From a virus (lineage: Duplodnaviria > Caudoviricetes), in IMG/VR virus record IMGVR_UViG_3300025837_000005, positions 1-44,295 of that record: a stretch of 44,295 nucleotides of DNA. One strand, written 5' to 3'. Shown here one piece after another: positions 19,183 to 28,664 of the stretch. How positions within the stretch are numbered: the stretch's first letter is position 1; each line of letters opens with the position of its first letter. Both the position numbers and the translations under genes were made by a program. The notes under the pieces are model-generated. The model had not been told where the DNA came from. It saw nothing but the letters and a program-made list of their open reading frames with translations, and made no database searches.

Positions 19183-20706
19183 TCATGATTGTCTCGTCTC
19201 TTGAATTTTTTTAATGGCAATTGACTTCGGCACGCTCCAAAACGGCTCATTTTTTGTCTCGGGATTAGATTGAGCTTCATATTCACTTACAAGCTTTACC
19301 CATTTCTCGATCTGGTTTTTTGCCGGTGGCCTGTGCCCGCTGACAGTTTTTTCGAGCCTTAGCTTTTCGCTCGCATATGCTTTAGCCTCTCTTGTCGCCG
19401 TCACGACCAGTCTGTCGTATGAGTTCTTCAGATCGGTTTCATGCTTGGGATCGTCGGTTTCAGGTTTGGGATAGCCGATTTTAGGCTTGGGATCGTCGGT
19501 TTCAGGCTTGGGATCGGGCTGGCCGAAAGGAAACGGTCCCTTATCGATGTCAAGCAGGCTTGTAGCTGAGGCAGCGACATCCCGCAAAAGTTGGTGTGCA
19601 TCTCGTAGCGCCAGACTCGTGATGTTAATTTTTCTTTTTTCACACTCATTTTTGATAATCGCGGCCTTGTCCACACTATAGCGATGTTGCAGATCTTCAT
19701 TGTACGGGTTCCACTCTTCCTTTTGGGGAATTTTTTTTCCTGCGTTTGTCCCGATCTCTAAACCGTCGCTTGTTTGTGCGCCGGGCGCAGGGCTGTCTGC
19801 GCTAGATTTGGGCTTAAGTTCAGGCTCTGCGCTAGGTTCGGGCTTAAGTTCAAGCTCTGCGCTAGGTTTGGGCTTAAGTTCAGGCTCGGTCTTTTTTTTC
19901 AGCGCGCTCCTGAGAGCATCAATGCCGGATATAGACTCGCCCGGTTTGGCACGGACGATTTCGAACCAGTCGCTCAGGACACTCATATTATCCTGCAGCG
20001 AAGTATAAATTTTTCGCAAACTGACGATCTGGGATAGGGTAATTGTATCAATGCGGCGCTGAATGCGCCTTTCAATCATTTCCTTCTTAACGCCAAGAGC
20101 GTTAAATGCGTCGATCATTTTTTTGATAGCCACAGGGGACACATCGGTGCTGGCCTTCAGAGTCTCCTCACATTGACTAACGGCGACATCGATCACATCG
20201 CCCGGTATGATGCCTAGAATACACGCCCGCAGACGCCGGCTGCCCTGATTAGCCGTTGCCTCGTAGATGTCGCGGCCGTCTTCCAGCGCGTAATTTCCTC
20301 GCTTCGTGTACCGAACATGCTTGACTACAAAAATTTTAACCTGGCGCACATTGGTTTCTAAATCCCAAGCATATGCCATCATTTCGGATTCGCCTTGGTT
20401 TTGCGCGATTTCTTTGATGCCATAGTCTATGTTTCCCCAATTCCGGGCCATAACTTCGGCCAGCCGAATTGAAGGACCGGAGATATCTGTACCGCCACGG
20501 TTATAAGAGTAAAGCGCTTTTTCGGCCAGCCCTGGCCGCTGGCATTCCCTTAAGATGCGATCAACGCACAGTTGCGGCATTCGGCCGAATCGTTTTGCCA
20601 AAATGATACCCGCCTGGACTTCGGCCACTGCCCGGGAGGTTTCAATACTAATTGCGTTGTTTTCTTGACTTTGGCCATTCCCGTAGGGATTCATAATTTT
20701 GTTCAT
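19183..20706 (-). CDS. Putative single-strand annealing/recombination protein with Pro/Lys/Glu repeat tail
   Basis: GPSIRLAE...WGN...AWDLETN motifs; lies between yqaJ and ssb; GAGGAG RBS. Confidence 0.6.
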   Translation of the reverse strand: MNKIMNPYGNGQSQENNAISIETSRAVAEVQAGIILAKRFGRMPQLCVDRILRECQRPGLAEKALYSYNRGGTDISGPSIRLAEVMARNWGNIDYGIKEIAQNQGESEMMAYAWDLETNVRQVKIFVVKHVRYTKRGNYALEDGRDIYEATANQGSRRLRACILGIIPGDVIDVAVSQCEETLKASTDVSPVAIKKMIDAFNALGVKKEMIERRIQRRIDTITLSQIVSLRKIYTSLQDNMSVLSDWFEIVRAKPGESISGIDALRSALKKKTEPELKPKPSAELELKPEPSAEPELKPKSSADSPAPGAQTSDGLEIGTNAGKKIPQKEEWNPYNEDLQHRYSVDKAAIIKNECEKRKINITSLALRDAHQLLRDVAASATSLLDIDKGPFPFGQPDPKPETDDPKPKIGYPKPETDDPKHETDLKNSYDRLVVTATREAKAYASEKLRLEKTVSGHRPPAKNQIEKWVKLVSEYEAQSNPETKNEPFWSVPKSIAIKKIQETRQS

Positions 20707-20763
20707 TTTGAACTCCTCACTTAGTTGTTTTGATTAAAAATCTTCTATAACTTGGTTTGTCTA

Positions 20764-20844
20764 CCAAAATTTTATGCACGTCTCCCAAAATTTTATGCAC
20801 GTCTCCCAAAATTTTATGCACGTCTCCCAAAATTTTATGCACGT
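20764..20844 (+). repeat. About 4 tandem copies of 21-nt CCAAAATTTTATGCACGTCTC
   Basis: Direct reading; unit derives from yqaJ sequence near 21476-21497. Confidence 0.9.
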
Positions 20845-20886
20845 TTTCAAACTTAAGAGATTTAGCCCGTCTCTGCGAACCGATAT

Positions 20887-21008
20887 GTCAATTACTAATC
20901 GGCTATAAGCCGATAGCTTGCAAGTAAGTCGGCTGAAGCCGACTCCCTGCGATAGGTTTATTGACTAAAACCCTACCTGGATAGCATGTAGCGTCCAAGT
21001 AATTTTGC
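20887..21008 (-). ncRNA. Orphan TnpB omegaRNA scaffold; predicted guide ATATCGGTTCGCAGAGACGG
   Basis: 122-nt block differing from 361-482 at about 3 positions, ending in ...TAATTGAC. Confidence 0.8.
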
Positions 21009-21034
21009 TATACAGAGCAGTAATATCCGCCACA

Positions 21035-21973
21035 TTAACCGCTGCAGGCGCGTGGCGTTTTTGCACTGACTCCCAAAATTTTATGCACATCTCCAGACTT
21101 AGTTGCTTTGATTAAAAGCCTTCTAGAGCCTGGTTTATTTACTAAGTATTGCCGGAATAACTCCGGTTGCTCTGTCTGGAATCGCTTCTCGTCTAATCTA
21201 GTAGAATCCTTGCTTTTTTTCCAAGTACACAGTGGAGCGCCGTCCAATCCAATGAGCGTATCCGCTTCGCCCAGAGCTTGTAAAATTTGGAACTTAAATG
21301 CTTCTTGCTCTACCTCGAGAGATTTAGCCCGTCTCTGCGAATCGATATATGCCCGGACTGCCGCCTCAACCTCGGCTGATGCCAAGACCTGCGCGGCCAT
21401 GGACTTTCTGCCATACAGAGCAGTAATATCCGCCACATTAACTGCTGCAGGCGCGTAACGTTTTTGCACTAATTCCCAAAATTTTATACACGTCTCCAAC
21501 AACATTTTCTGGATTTCTACGTCCTCTCTAATTGTATAAATTTCCGGCACGGTGCCGTGAAATGAAACAGGAAGATCGGTGATGGTCCGACCGGCCATCA
21601 TCATATAAAATTGTACCTGAGTCTGATAATAAACCGGGATCTGATCGGTGCCGGGGTTCCCCCAGTCAACGGATGACCGTGCCGTCTTGATCTCAATTAC
21701 TCTGTCCGGGGTCAGACCATCCAGGTGGGCGATCAGGTAGGGATATCGGGGGTGCTGTAATGGGCCGGGCACAGCGACTGTCTGACCCGTATATTGCTCA
21801 TACCATTGCAGTATAACAGGTTCAACCATGCGCCCGTAAGCCATGGCTGGATTATCGGGCGAGCCAGCCGATTCACCGATTTTTTCTAAATAAATTTGCA
21901 GCGGTGTTTTCCACGGCGACACGCCACAAATAGCGGCTACGTCTGAACCGCCGATTCCTTTTGTTCTATCCAT
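21035..21973 (-). CDS. YqaJ-like viral recombinase (lambda exonuclease family)
   Basis: GIGGSDVAAI, AHLDG, IEIKT, YQTQVQFY motifs; C-terminus extended about 20 aa by the duplication. Confidence 0.92.
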   Translation of the reverse strand: MDRTKGIGGSDVAAICGVSPWKTPLQIYLEKIGESAGSPDNPAMAYGRMVEPVILQWYEQYTGQTVAVPGPLQHPRYPYLIAHLDGLTPDRVIEIKTARSSVDWGNPGTDQIPVYYQTQVQFYMMMAGRTITDLPVSFHGTVPEIYTIREDVEIQKMLLETCIKFWELVQKRYAPAAVNVADITALYGRKSMAAQVLASAEVEAAVRAYIDSQRRAKSLEVEQEAFKFQILQALGEADTLIGLDGAPLCTWKKSKDSTRLDEKRFQTEQPELFRQYLVNKPGSRRLLIKATKSGDVHKILGVSAKTPRACSG

Positions 21974-22078
21974 TTTTTCTCCTTTGGCCCCTATCGGGGC
22001 CGTTGATGTCCAGGCCGTAAGGCTTGGATATTCCCGGATGCGCCGGGTCGGTTGCTTTCTTCCACGGCATAAATCATA

Positions 22079-22783
22079 TTATTTGCCAGATACCATCTCT
22101 CTAAATTTGGCAGCTTGAGCGGCCTGTATGGTTTTCCGTGCGGCATCTTCTGCGACCCATGTGGCGGCCTTTGTGTCTCTTGTGGTTTTCCGTGCAGCCC
22201 ATGCGGCGACCCATGTGGCGATTCCTGTGGCGATCCCTACGACGTTCTTTGCGACATTCTTTGCGACGACCCCTGCGGCCACTAGGGCGGCCCTTTCGGC
22301 CAGTGTGGCGGCCTTTTCGGCCAGTGCGGCTTCCCGTGCGATATCTCCTGCGATGCATGCGTCCTCTGTGGCGACCCCTGTGGCAATCCCTGCGACGGCC
22401 CTTGCGGCGGCCCCTGCGGCGGCCCTTGCGGCACCCCATGCGTCCTCTGCGGCGTCCTTTGCGGCGGATAGTTCTTTATCGGTGGCCTGTCCGTTAGCGT
22501 ATCTCTCAGCTACACCGAGAGCATTTAAACTTCGTTGATCTGTCATCAGGTATTGCCCTTGCCGTGCGCACCACACAGCATACAGTCGCCATACCCGATT
22601 ATACTCTGGTGCAGCATAGCAGCACCAGAGAGCATCCTCCAAGCCATTGCTGTCGAGGATGACGCTAAAAGGCAACGATTCATCATCTAACATGGTTTTG
22701 CCAAGATATTTTAATAGTTTTTTCCATCCTCTGGAACCTATATTGCACATTTGAATTTTGTTTAGCGTTGTTGTCAATTGCAT
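22079..22783 (-). CDS. Ala-rich phage protein, tandem paralogue 3
   Basis: MQLTTTLNKI...ILDSNGLEDALWC...AERYANGQAT; variable Ala-rich tail. Confidence 0.85.
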   Translation of the reverse strand: MQLTTTLNKIQMCNIGSRGWKKLLKYLGKTMLDDESLPFSVILDSNGLEDALWCCYAAPEYNRVWRLYAVWCARQGQYLMTDQRSLNALGVAERYANGQATDKELSAAKDAAEDAWGAARAAAGAAARAVAGIATGVATEDACIAGDIAREAALAEKAATLAERAALVAAGVVAKNVAKNVVGIATGIATWVAAWAARKTTRDTKAATWVAEDAARKTIQAAQAAKFREMVSGK

Positions 22784-22849
22784 TTCTCTCTCCTTTTTGT
22801 TTTCCCGGATGCGCCGGGTCGGTTGCTTTTTCCTGCGGCATAAATCATA

Positions 22850-23485
22850 TTATCTGCCAGATACCATCTCTCTAAATTTGGCAGCTTGAGCGGCCTGTGT
22901 GCTTTCCCGTGCGGCATCTTCTGCGACCCATGTGGTGGCCTCTGTGTCTCTTGCGGTTTTCCATGCGGCCCATGCAGCGATCCTTGCAACGGCCTGTGCG
23001 ACGGCCCTTGCAGCGTTCTTTGCGGCCAGTACGGCGGCCAGTGCGACTTCCCGTGCGGCATCTTCTGCAACCCATGCGGTATCTTCTGCGACCCGTGCGT
23101 CCTTTGCGGCGGCCCATGCGGCGTCCCTTGTGACGGCCCATGCGTCCTTTGCGGCGGTCCATGCGGCGGATAGCTCTTTATCGGTGGCCTGTCCGTTAGC
23201 ATACCTCTCGGCCACATCGAGAGCATTCAAACTTCGTTGATCTGTCATCAAGTACTGTACTTGCCGTGCGCACCACACAGCATACAGTTGCCATACCCGA
23301 TTATGCTCTGGCATAGTATGACAGCACCAGAGAGCATCCTCCAAACCATTGCTGTCGAGGATGACGCTAAAAGGCAACAATTCATTATCTGCCACGGTTT
23401 TGCCAAGATGTTTCAACAGTTTTCTCCAACCTTTAGAGCATGGACTGCACATTTGGATTCTATTCAGCGTTGTTGTCAATTGCAT
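22850..23485 (-). CDS. Ala-rich phage protein, tandem paralogue 2
   Basis: Same motifs as its neighbours; 211 aa. Confidence 0.85.
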   Translation of the reverse strand: MQLTTTLNRIQMCSPCSKGWRKLLKHLGKTVADNELLPFSVILDSNGLEDALWCCHTMPEHNRVWQLYAVWCARQVQYLMTDQRSLNALDVAERYANGQATDKELSAAWTAAKDAWAVTRDAAWAAAKDARVAEDTAWVAEDAAREVALAAVLAAKNAARAVAQAVARIAAWAAWKTARDTEATTWVAEDAARESTQAAQAAKFREMVSGR

Positions 23486-23551
23486 TTCTCTCTCCCTTTT
23501 GTTTTCCCGGATGCGCCGGGTCGGTTGCTTTCTTCCACGGCATAAATCATA

Positions 23552-24187
23552 TTATTTGCCAGAGACCATCTCTCTAAATTTGGCAGCTTGAGCGGCCTGT
23601 ACGGTTTTCCGTGCGGCATCTTCTGCGACCCATGTGGCGGCCTTTGTGTCTCTTGTGGTTTTCCGTGCAGCCCATGCGGCGATCTCTGCGACGGCCTGTG
23701 CGACGACCCCTGCGGTGTCCCCTGCGATGACCCTTGCGACGACCCCTGCGGCGTTCCTTACGGCCAGTGCGGCTTTCCGTGCGGTATCTTCTGCAATCCA
23801 TGCGTCCTTTGTGACGGCCCATGCGTCCTTTGCGGCGGCCCATGCGTCCTTTGCGGCGGCCCATGCGGCGGATAGCTCTTTATCAGTGGCCTGTCCGTTA
23901 GCATACCTCTCGGCCACATCGAGAGCATCCAAGCTTCGTTGATCTATCATCAGGTACTGCACTTGCCGTGCACACCATATAGTATACAGTCGCCATACCC
24001 GATTATGCTCTGGTGCAGTATGACAGCACCAGAGAGCATCATCCAAGCCATTGCTGTCGAGGATAACGCTAAAAGGCAACGATTCATCGTCTGCCACGGT
24101 TTTGCCAAGATATTTCAACAGTTTTCTCCATCCTTTAGAGCATGGATTGCACATTTGAATTTTATTCAGCGTTGTTGTTAATTGCAT
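23552..24187 (-). CDS. Ala-rich phage protein, tandem paralogue 1
   Basis: Same motifs as its neighbours; 211 aa. Confidence 0.85.
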   Translation of the reverse strand: MQLTTTLNKIQMCNPCSKGWRKLLKYLGKTVADDESLPFSVILDSNGLDDALWCCHTAPEHNRVWRLYTIWCARQVQYLMIDQRSLDALDVAERYANGQATDKELSAAWAAAKDAWAAAKDAWAVTKDAWIAEDTARKAALAVRNAAGVVARVIAGDTAGVVAQAVAEIAAWAARKTTRDTKAATWVAEDAARKTVQAAQAAKFREMVSGK

Positions 24188-24252
24188 TTCTCTCTCCCTT
24201 TTGTTTTCCCGGGTGCGCCGGGTCGGTTGCTTTCTCTCGCCTTTTGTCTCAT

Positions 24253-24417
24253 AACATATATCCTCATTTCCTGCTTGTCAAGTTTTTTTTTAACACTTTT
24301 TTATTTTTAGCCTCTTTTTTCTAAGGCTTGATTTTTGTTGTGTTTTTTTATTCTGGGTACATTTGTTCTTCTATGATGTAAAAAAATAGTTGACAAACAG
24401 TTTTTATGCCATAGAAT
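24253..24417. promoter_or_regulatory. Divergent sigma70-type promoters
   Basis: Minus: TTGACA (24281-24276)-17-TATGTT; plus: TTGACA (24390-24395)-16-TAGAAT about 7 nt before ATG 24425. Confidence 0.65.
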
Positions 24418-24424
24418 ATATGGC

Positions 24425-24637
24425 ATGGGAAAAACAGCACTACGACAATATCTTGATTTAACCGGCCTCTCATATCGCGAGGCTGCCCGTCGCACCGGGC
24501 TAACCCATCAGTCCGTGTTTATGCATGCCCGGGGCAAAACTCCTATCGGCGCGGCCAGCGCCCTGATTTACTACAGAGTATTTGGGATTAGCCTGGAAAA
24601 ATTGCTGGCAGACAAAGCTATGCCCCGGCCCAAATGA
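24425..24637 (+). CDS. Cro/XRE-like HTH protein
   Basis: GLSYREAARRTGLTHQSV HTH pattern; first gene after the divergent promoter. Confidence 0.75.
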   Translation: MGKTALRQYLDLTGLSYREAARRTGLTHQSVFMHARGKTPIGAASALIYYRVFGISLEKLLADKAMPRPK

Positions 24638-24889
24638 TTTTTTTGAAAAACCACAGACGGCAAACATGAAAGTCAAAATATCTACTGTAATAAAAAAAAT
24701 ACTGCTAGCTGCGGTTATCATAATGCTGGTTAAGCTGCTTTTCCGCAGCGGTTTTCTCGGGTTGCGGGACTGTCTGGTTTGGCTGATAGAGAACTGAGAC
24801 GCTGCTAAGTTTTAGCAGATGGCCACGCCAAAAAACGTTCAGAATGCTGGGCTGCTTGAAAATAATAAAGACAAAATTATGGTTCCCCA

Positions 24890-25010
24890 AAAAAATATCA
24901 AATACGCACACCCTGACCAGATATAGGTTTGGCGACAACGGCAACGAAGGGATCTTCTTGGCGTTCCCTATTATATCATTGTCAAACTGGTGGGGTGCGC
25001 ACTTTTTTTA
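24890..25010 (+). ncRNA. Diverged third copy of the structured repeat
   Basis: CGCACACCC...ACGGCAACGA...TCATTGTC...GGGGTGCGCACTTTTTT. Confidence 0.4.
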
Positions 25011-25093
25011 AAAGGGGTTTATAATGAGTGGCGGATATTTCGATTACAAAGATCATCACATCCCGGCATTTTTCGCTTGGCATAAAGAATAAA

Positions 25094-25600
25094 ATGGAAA
25101 CAAATTTTGAAATAGCCATGGATACAGTTTTAAAGCACGAAGGTGGTTATACTGGAGATCATGCAGGCGCTACAAAATATGGAGTAACATTAAGATCTCT
25201 TAATATTGATATAGACGGTGATGGAGATATTGATTCCGGTGATATCCGGGTTATGACGTTAGCGGATGTTATGCGGTTTTATAGAAGAGAATGGTGGGAT
25301 AAATATAATTTTGATAAAATTGATAATAGTCTTATTGCTACTAAATTTTTTGATCTGGCAATTAATATGGGGATAAAACAAGCCACATTGATTGCTCAAA
25401 GAGCCTTGCATGCTTGTAGTTGCCCTGTAAAAGAAGACGGACTGCTTGGTGATCAGACTTTTAAAGCCATAAATCGGGCAGATGAATCGCTTATTATTGC
25501 TATCAGAAGCGAGGCCGCAGGATTTTATCGAGGGCTACTTGTTCAAAAGCCTGAGTTCGAAAAATTTAGAAATGGCTGGCTGAACCGGGCATATTCATAA
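25094..25600 (+). CDS. Glycoside hydrolase family 108 lysozyme with peptidoglycan-binding C-terminus
   Basis: HEGGY, GATKYGV, FDLAINMG, DGLLGDQT, FRNGWLNR. Confidence 0.9.
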   Translation: METNFEIAMDTVLKHEGGYTGDHAGATKYGVTLRSLNIDIDGDGDIDSGDIRVMTLADVMRFYRREWWDKYNFDKIDNSLIATKFFDLAINMGIKQATLIAQRALHACSCPVKEDGLLGDQTFKAINRADESLIIAIRSEAAGFYRGLLVQKPEFEKFRNGWLNRAYS

Positions 25601-25835
25601 AAAACCCGACATTTTCGCTTGACAACGCCGCCGGTTGATGACATGGTGGCGATAACCTGGAAATACGGCATGCCCAGGAAACCAACTGGAGACAGAAAAT
25701 ATCCCTCACGAAAATTTCACATGCGCACCCCGAGTCAGGACTCGGGCCTGACGGCAACGATGCTCTCTCCCTGACAATTCTGTTATAGAGTCCTCCATTA
25801 CATCGTTGTCTGCCGAGCGAGGTGCGCATTTTTTT
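25600..25835 (+). ncRNA. Promoter plus structured RNA candidate, copy 1
   Basis: TTGACA; closing helix TGCGCACC/GGTGCGCA followed by a T-run; hairpin CCCGAGTCAGGACTCGGG; helix GGCAACGATG/CATCGTTGTC. Confidence 0.55.
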
Positions 25836-25954
25836 GAGCGGAACTATGCAATTTAAAATTCGCCCATCAGATCGTGTGATCCCATCCTCTCCTTTTGTTG
25901 ATTTCATTATAACACGGTTTTGATGGACGATTTTTCTTTGGAGGCTCCATGAAA

Positions 25955-26192
25955 AATAAAGCCCAATATTTTCGCTTGACAACGCCGCCAGTCGATGACA
26001 TGGTGACGATAACCTGGAACTACGACATGCCCAGGAAAACACGCAGGGGAGAAAAATATCCCTCACAAAACTTTACGTGCGCACCCCGAGTCAGGACTCG
26101 GGCCTGACGGCAACGATGCTCTCTCCCTGGCAGCCCTGCCATAGAGTTTCCCCTGCACATCGTTGTCTGTCAAGTGGGGTGCGCATTTTTTA
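25955..26192 (+). ncRNA. Promoter plus structured RNA candidate, copy 2
   Basis: Near-duplicate of copy 1 with pairing-preserving changes; immediately upstream of the primase. Confidence 0.55.
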
Positions 26193-26209
26193 AAGGGGAA
26201 AATTGTTTT

Positions 26210-28516
26210 ATGAGCGGAAGAACAATGGCAATAAGCACAAAAGACGAGATTGTTCAGAGCATAAATTATCTCGAATATTACAAAACCGAGCTTGGGCAAT
26301 TATTGAAACCCGATAGACGAGGTTGGGCCACGGCGCTATGCCCATTTCATGAGGACACTAAACCGTCCTTGGGAATTGATGTTCACACAGGCATATTCAA
26401 CTGTCCAGGATGCGGGGCTAAAGGTGATGTCATAAGTTTTTATAAAAAAAAACATGGTTGCGATTTCAAAACCGCCATTATTGAGCTTGGCATTATTGCG
26501 GGCGTAAGGGGGACCCAGACAATTCCCGGCAAACAGAAGGGCAAACGGTCCGGAAGCAATCAGCCAACACAAAAAGCCAAAATAACAACGGTATATGACT
26601 ACCATGCCGCCGACGGAAGTCTGCTGTTTCAAGTATGTCGGTTCTCACCCAAAGATTTTCGGCAACGTCGCCCGAACGGACATGGCGGACATATCTGGAA
26701 CCTCCAGGGAATTACGCCCGTTTTATATCACCTTCCCCAGGTGCTGGCCGCCGATCAGGTAATCGTGGTTGAGGGCGAGAAAGATGTTGATAATCTATCT
26801 GCCCTCCAGGACATTGGTGTTGTGGCGACCACTTGTCCTATGGGTGCGGGCAAATGGCGCAAATTCTATACCGAGGCCCTGCGCGGTAAAAATATTATAG
26901 TTATCCCGGATAACGATGAGCCAGGCCAAAAACACGCTGTTCAGGTGGCCACGGCGCTTTACGGTGTGGCGAAGAGCATTAAGGTGGTGGAACTGCCCGG
27001 CCTGCCGAAAGGCGGTGACGTGAGTGATTTTATAGCCCGGCATAACGATCCACTGGTTGCCGTTTCTACCCTCATGGCGCTGGTCGAGAAGGCGCCGGTC
27101 TGGATGCCGGGAACGGCGAAACCAACGGACGATGAAAATATCAACTTCGCTGATAGGCCCCACTTTACTGATATGGGAAACGCCTTTCGGCTAGCCCATT
27201 TTTGTGGTGAAAATATCCGTTACAGTCATGAAGAAAAAGGCTGGTATGTATGGAACGGCGACCGCTGGATGCAGGATAATACCGGGAAAATAAAATGCCT
27301 GGCGAAAAAGATGGTAAAGCTGCTGTATAAAGAGGCCGCCGGCTTACATGATGACGATGCGTGGAAAGCACTCGTTAATCATGCCTTGAAATCAGAAAGC
27401 GATAATCGCATAAAAGCCATGATGAGCTTGGCTGAAAGCGAGCCGGGAATACCTGTTTTACTAAATCAATTTAACACTGATTTATTTTTATTGAACTGTC
27501 AAAATGGAACTCTGGACCTAAGAACTGGAAAACTTAAAAAGCATGATCCGAAAGACCTGATAACAAAAATAACTCCTGTTATATATAATTCTGAAGCGAG
27601 AGATGAAAAATGGGAACGATTTTTAGAACAGACAATACCTGATGCAGATGTGCGGTCCTTTGTGCAGCGCTTTTCCGGATACAGCATTACGGGCGATATA
27701 AGCGAAGAAAAAATGGCGTTTATGTATGGCCCACCGGCTACAGGCAAATCCACTTTTTTACGGGCTATCGCAGCTGCCCTGGGAGACTACGCAGCCTTCG
27801 CTGATTTTGAGGCTTTTTTGCAAAAGAGCCAGACTGGTGGAGCAAAAAACGACATAGCCAGGCTGGTGGGAAAAAGACTGGTAATCGGCATTGAAGTTGA
27901 GGAGGGTAAAAAACTGGCGGAGGGTCTGGTTAATCAACTCACCGGTGGTGATGTTATTGCAGCCCGGTTTCTACATAAAGAATTTTTTGAATTTGTGCCG
28001 CAGCTAAAATTATGGTTGGCGGCAAATAATCAACCGCGAATCACCGGGATCGATGGGGCGATCTGGCGGCGTATCCTGCAAATTCCTTTTGATCAACAAA
28101 TATCTGAACAGAAAAGAGATATACACCTTAAAAATATTTTGTGCAATATAAAAAAAACAGGACCCGCCGTCCTGTCTTGGCTGGTGCAGGGGTGTCTTGC
28201 CTGGCAAAAAGAAGGCTTAAGGCCGCCGGACGTCGTGAAACAGGCTACAAATGAATATAAACAGAAAATGGATCCGCTAGCCGACTTCATGCAAGACATG
28301 ATAATTCTACAAGAAACCGCTTATGTTAAAAATTCTGAATTATGGGCCGCATATATATCTTGGTGTAATGCTAATGGAGAAAAATATCCGATAGGACGGA
28401 AAAAATTCACGCAGCTTTTAATCGCCAAGGGATTTAATCAGTATCGCAGCGGCAAGGAGCGTATGTGGATGGGAATCGAATTAATTTTAGAGGAAAAATA
28501 TGTTCAATCATATTAA
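26210..28516 (+). CDS. Primase-helicase: CHC2 Zn finger, TOPRIM and P4/D5-family SF3 helicase
   Basis: CPFHED...CPGC; VEGEKD, PDNDEPG; Walker A GPPATGKST; LTGGDVIAARFL; IWRRI. Confidence 0.93.
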   Translation: MSGRTMAISTKDEIVQSINYLEYYKTELGQLLKPDRRGWATALCPFHEDTKPSLGIDVHTGIFNCPGCGAKGDVISFYKKKHGCDFKTAIIELGIIAGVRGTQTIPGKQKGKRSGSNQPTQKAKITTVYDYHAADGSLLFQVCRFSPKDFRQRRPNGHGGHIWNLQGITPVLYHLPQVLAADQVIVVEGEKDVDNLSALQDIGVVATTCPMGAGKWRKFYTEALRGKNIIVIPDNDEPGQKHAVQVATALYGVAKSIKVVELPGLPKGGDVSDFIARHNDPLVAVSTLMALVEKAPVWMPGTAKPTDDENINFADRPHFTDMGNAFRLAHFCGENIRYSHEEKGWYVWNGDRWMQDNTGKIKCLAKKMVKLLYKEAAGLHDDDAWKALVNHALKSESDNRIKAMMSLAESEPGIPVLLNQFNTDLFLLNCQNGTLDLRTGKLKKHDPKDLITKITPVIYNSEARDEKWERFLEQTIPDADVRSFVQRFSGYSITGDISEEKMAFMYGPPATGKSTFLRAIAAALGDYAAFADFEAFLQKSQTGGAKNDIARLVGKRLVIGIEVEEGKKLAEGLVNQLTGGDVIAARFLHKEFFEFVPQLKLWLAANNQPRITGIDGAIWRRILQIPFDQQISEQKRDIHLKNILCNIKKTGPAVLSWLVQGCLAWQKEGLRPPDVVKQATNEYKQKMDPLADFMQDMIILQETAYVKNSELWAAYISWCNANGEKYPIGRKKFTQLLIAKGFNQYRSGKERMWMGIELILEEKYVQSY

Positions 28517-28664
28517 AAAAAGAAATGGTCGGGTGGATGATTTTGACTCTTCAAAAATTACGGCCGCCATCACGAAAGCCGGACAGACCACTGAAGAATT
28601 TGGTGAAAAAGAAGCAAAAAAAATGACGTTGCGCGTCTTGATCCTTCCGGGCCGGTCACGGTGA
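28500..28664 (+). CDS. Truncated stand-alone ATP-cone fragment (ribonucleotide reductase N-terminus-like), 54 aa
   Basis: Hand translation MFNHIKKRNGRVDDFDSSKITAAITKAGQTTEEFGEKEAKKMTLRVL; GAGG RBS. Confidence 0.7.
   Translation: MFNHIKKRNGRVDDFDSSKITAAITKAGQTTEEFGEKEAKKMTLRVLILPGRSR

Larger units (their letters stand above)
20717..21094 (-). pseudogene. Scrambled remnant of a second yqaJ 3' half
   Basis: 21009-21094 resembles 21412-21497; 20856-20886 resembles 21318-21348; 20717-20765 encodes VDKPSYRRFLIKTTK*, similar to VNKPGSRRLLIKATK. Confidence 0.8.

Noticed and set aside
19184-19200. 13-nt match (ATTGTCTCGTCTC) to the tip of the tnpB element left end near another ATGA
   Set aside because: Too short, offset from the ATGA, and no hairpin or right end nearby
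20764-20844. Possible CRISPR-like array next to the orphan scaffold
   Set aside because: Repeats are contiguous with no spacers and derive from yqaJ sequence
22101-23942. Many overlapping Arg-rich, Cys-rich or Pro-rich ORFs
   Set aside because: Alternate-frame shadows of the Ala-rich repeats
25566-26299. Minus-strand ORFs of 166 and 78 aa
   Set aside because: Antisense to the duplicated promoter/RNA structure; no protein motifs
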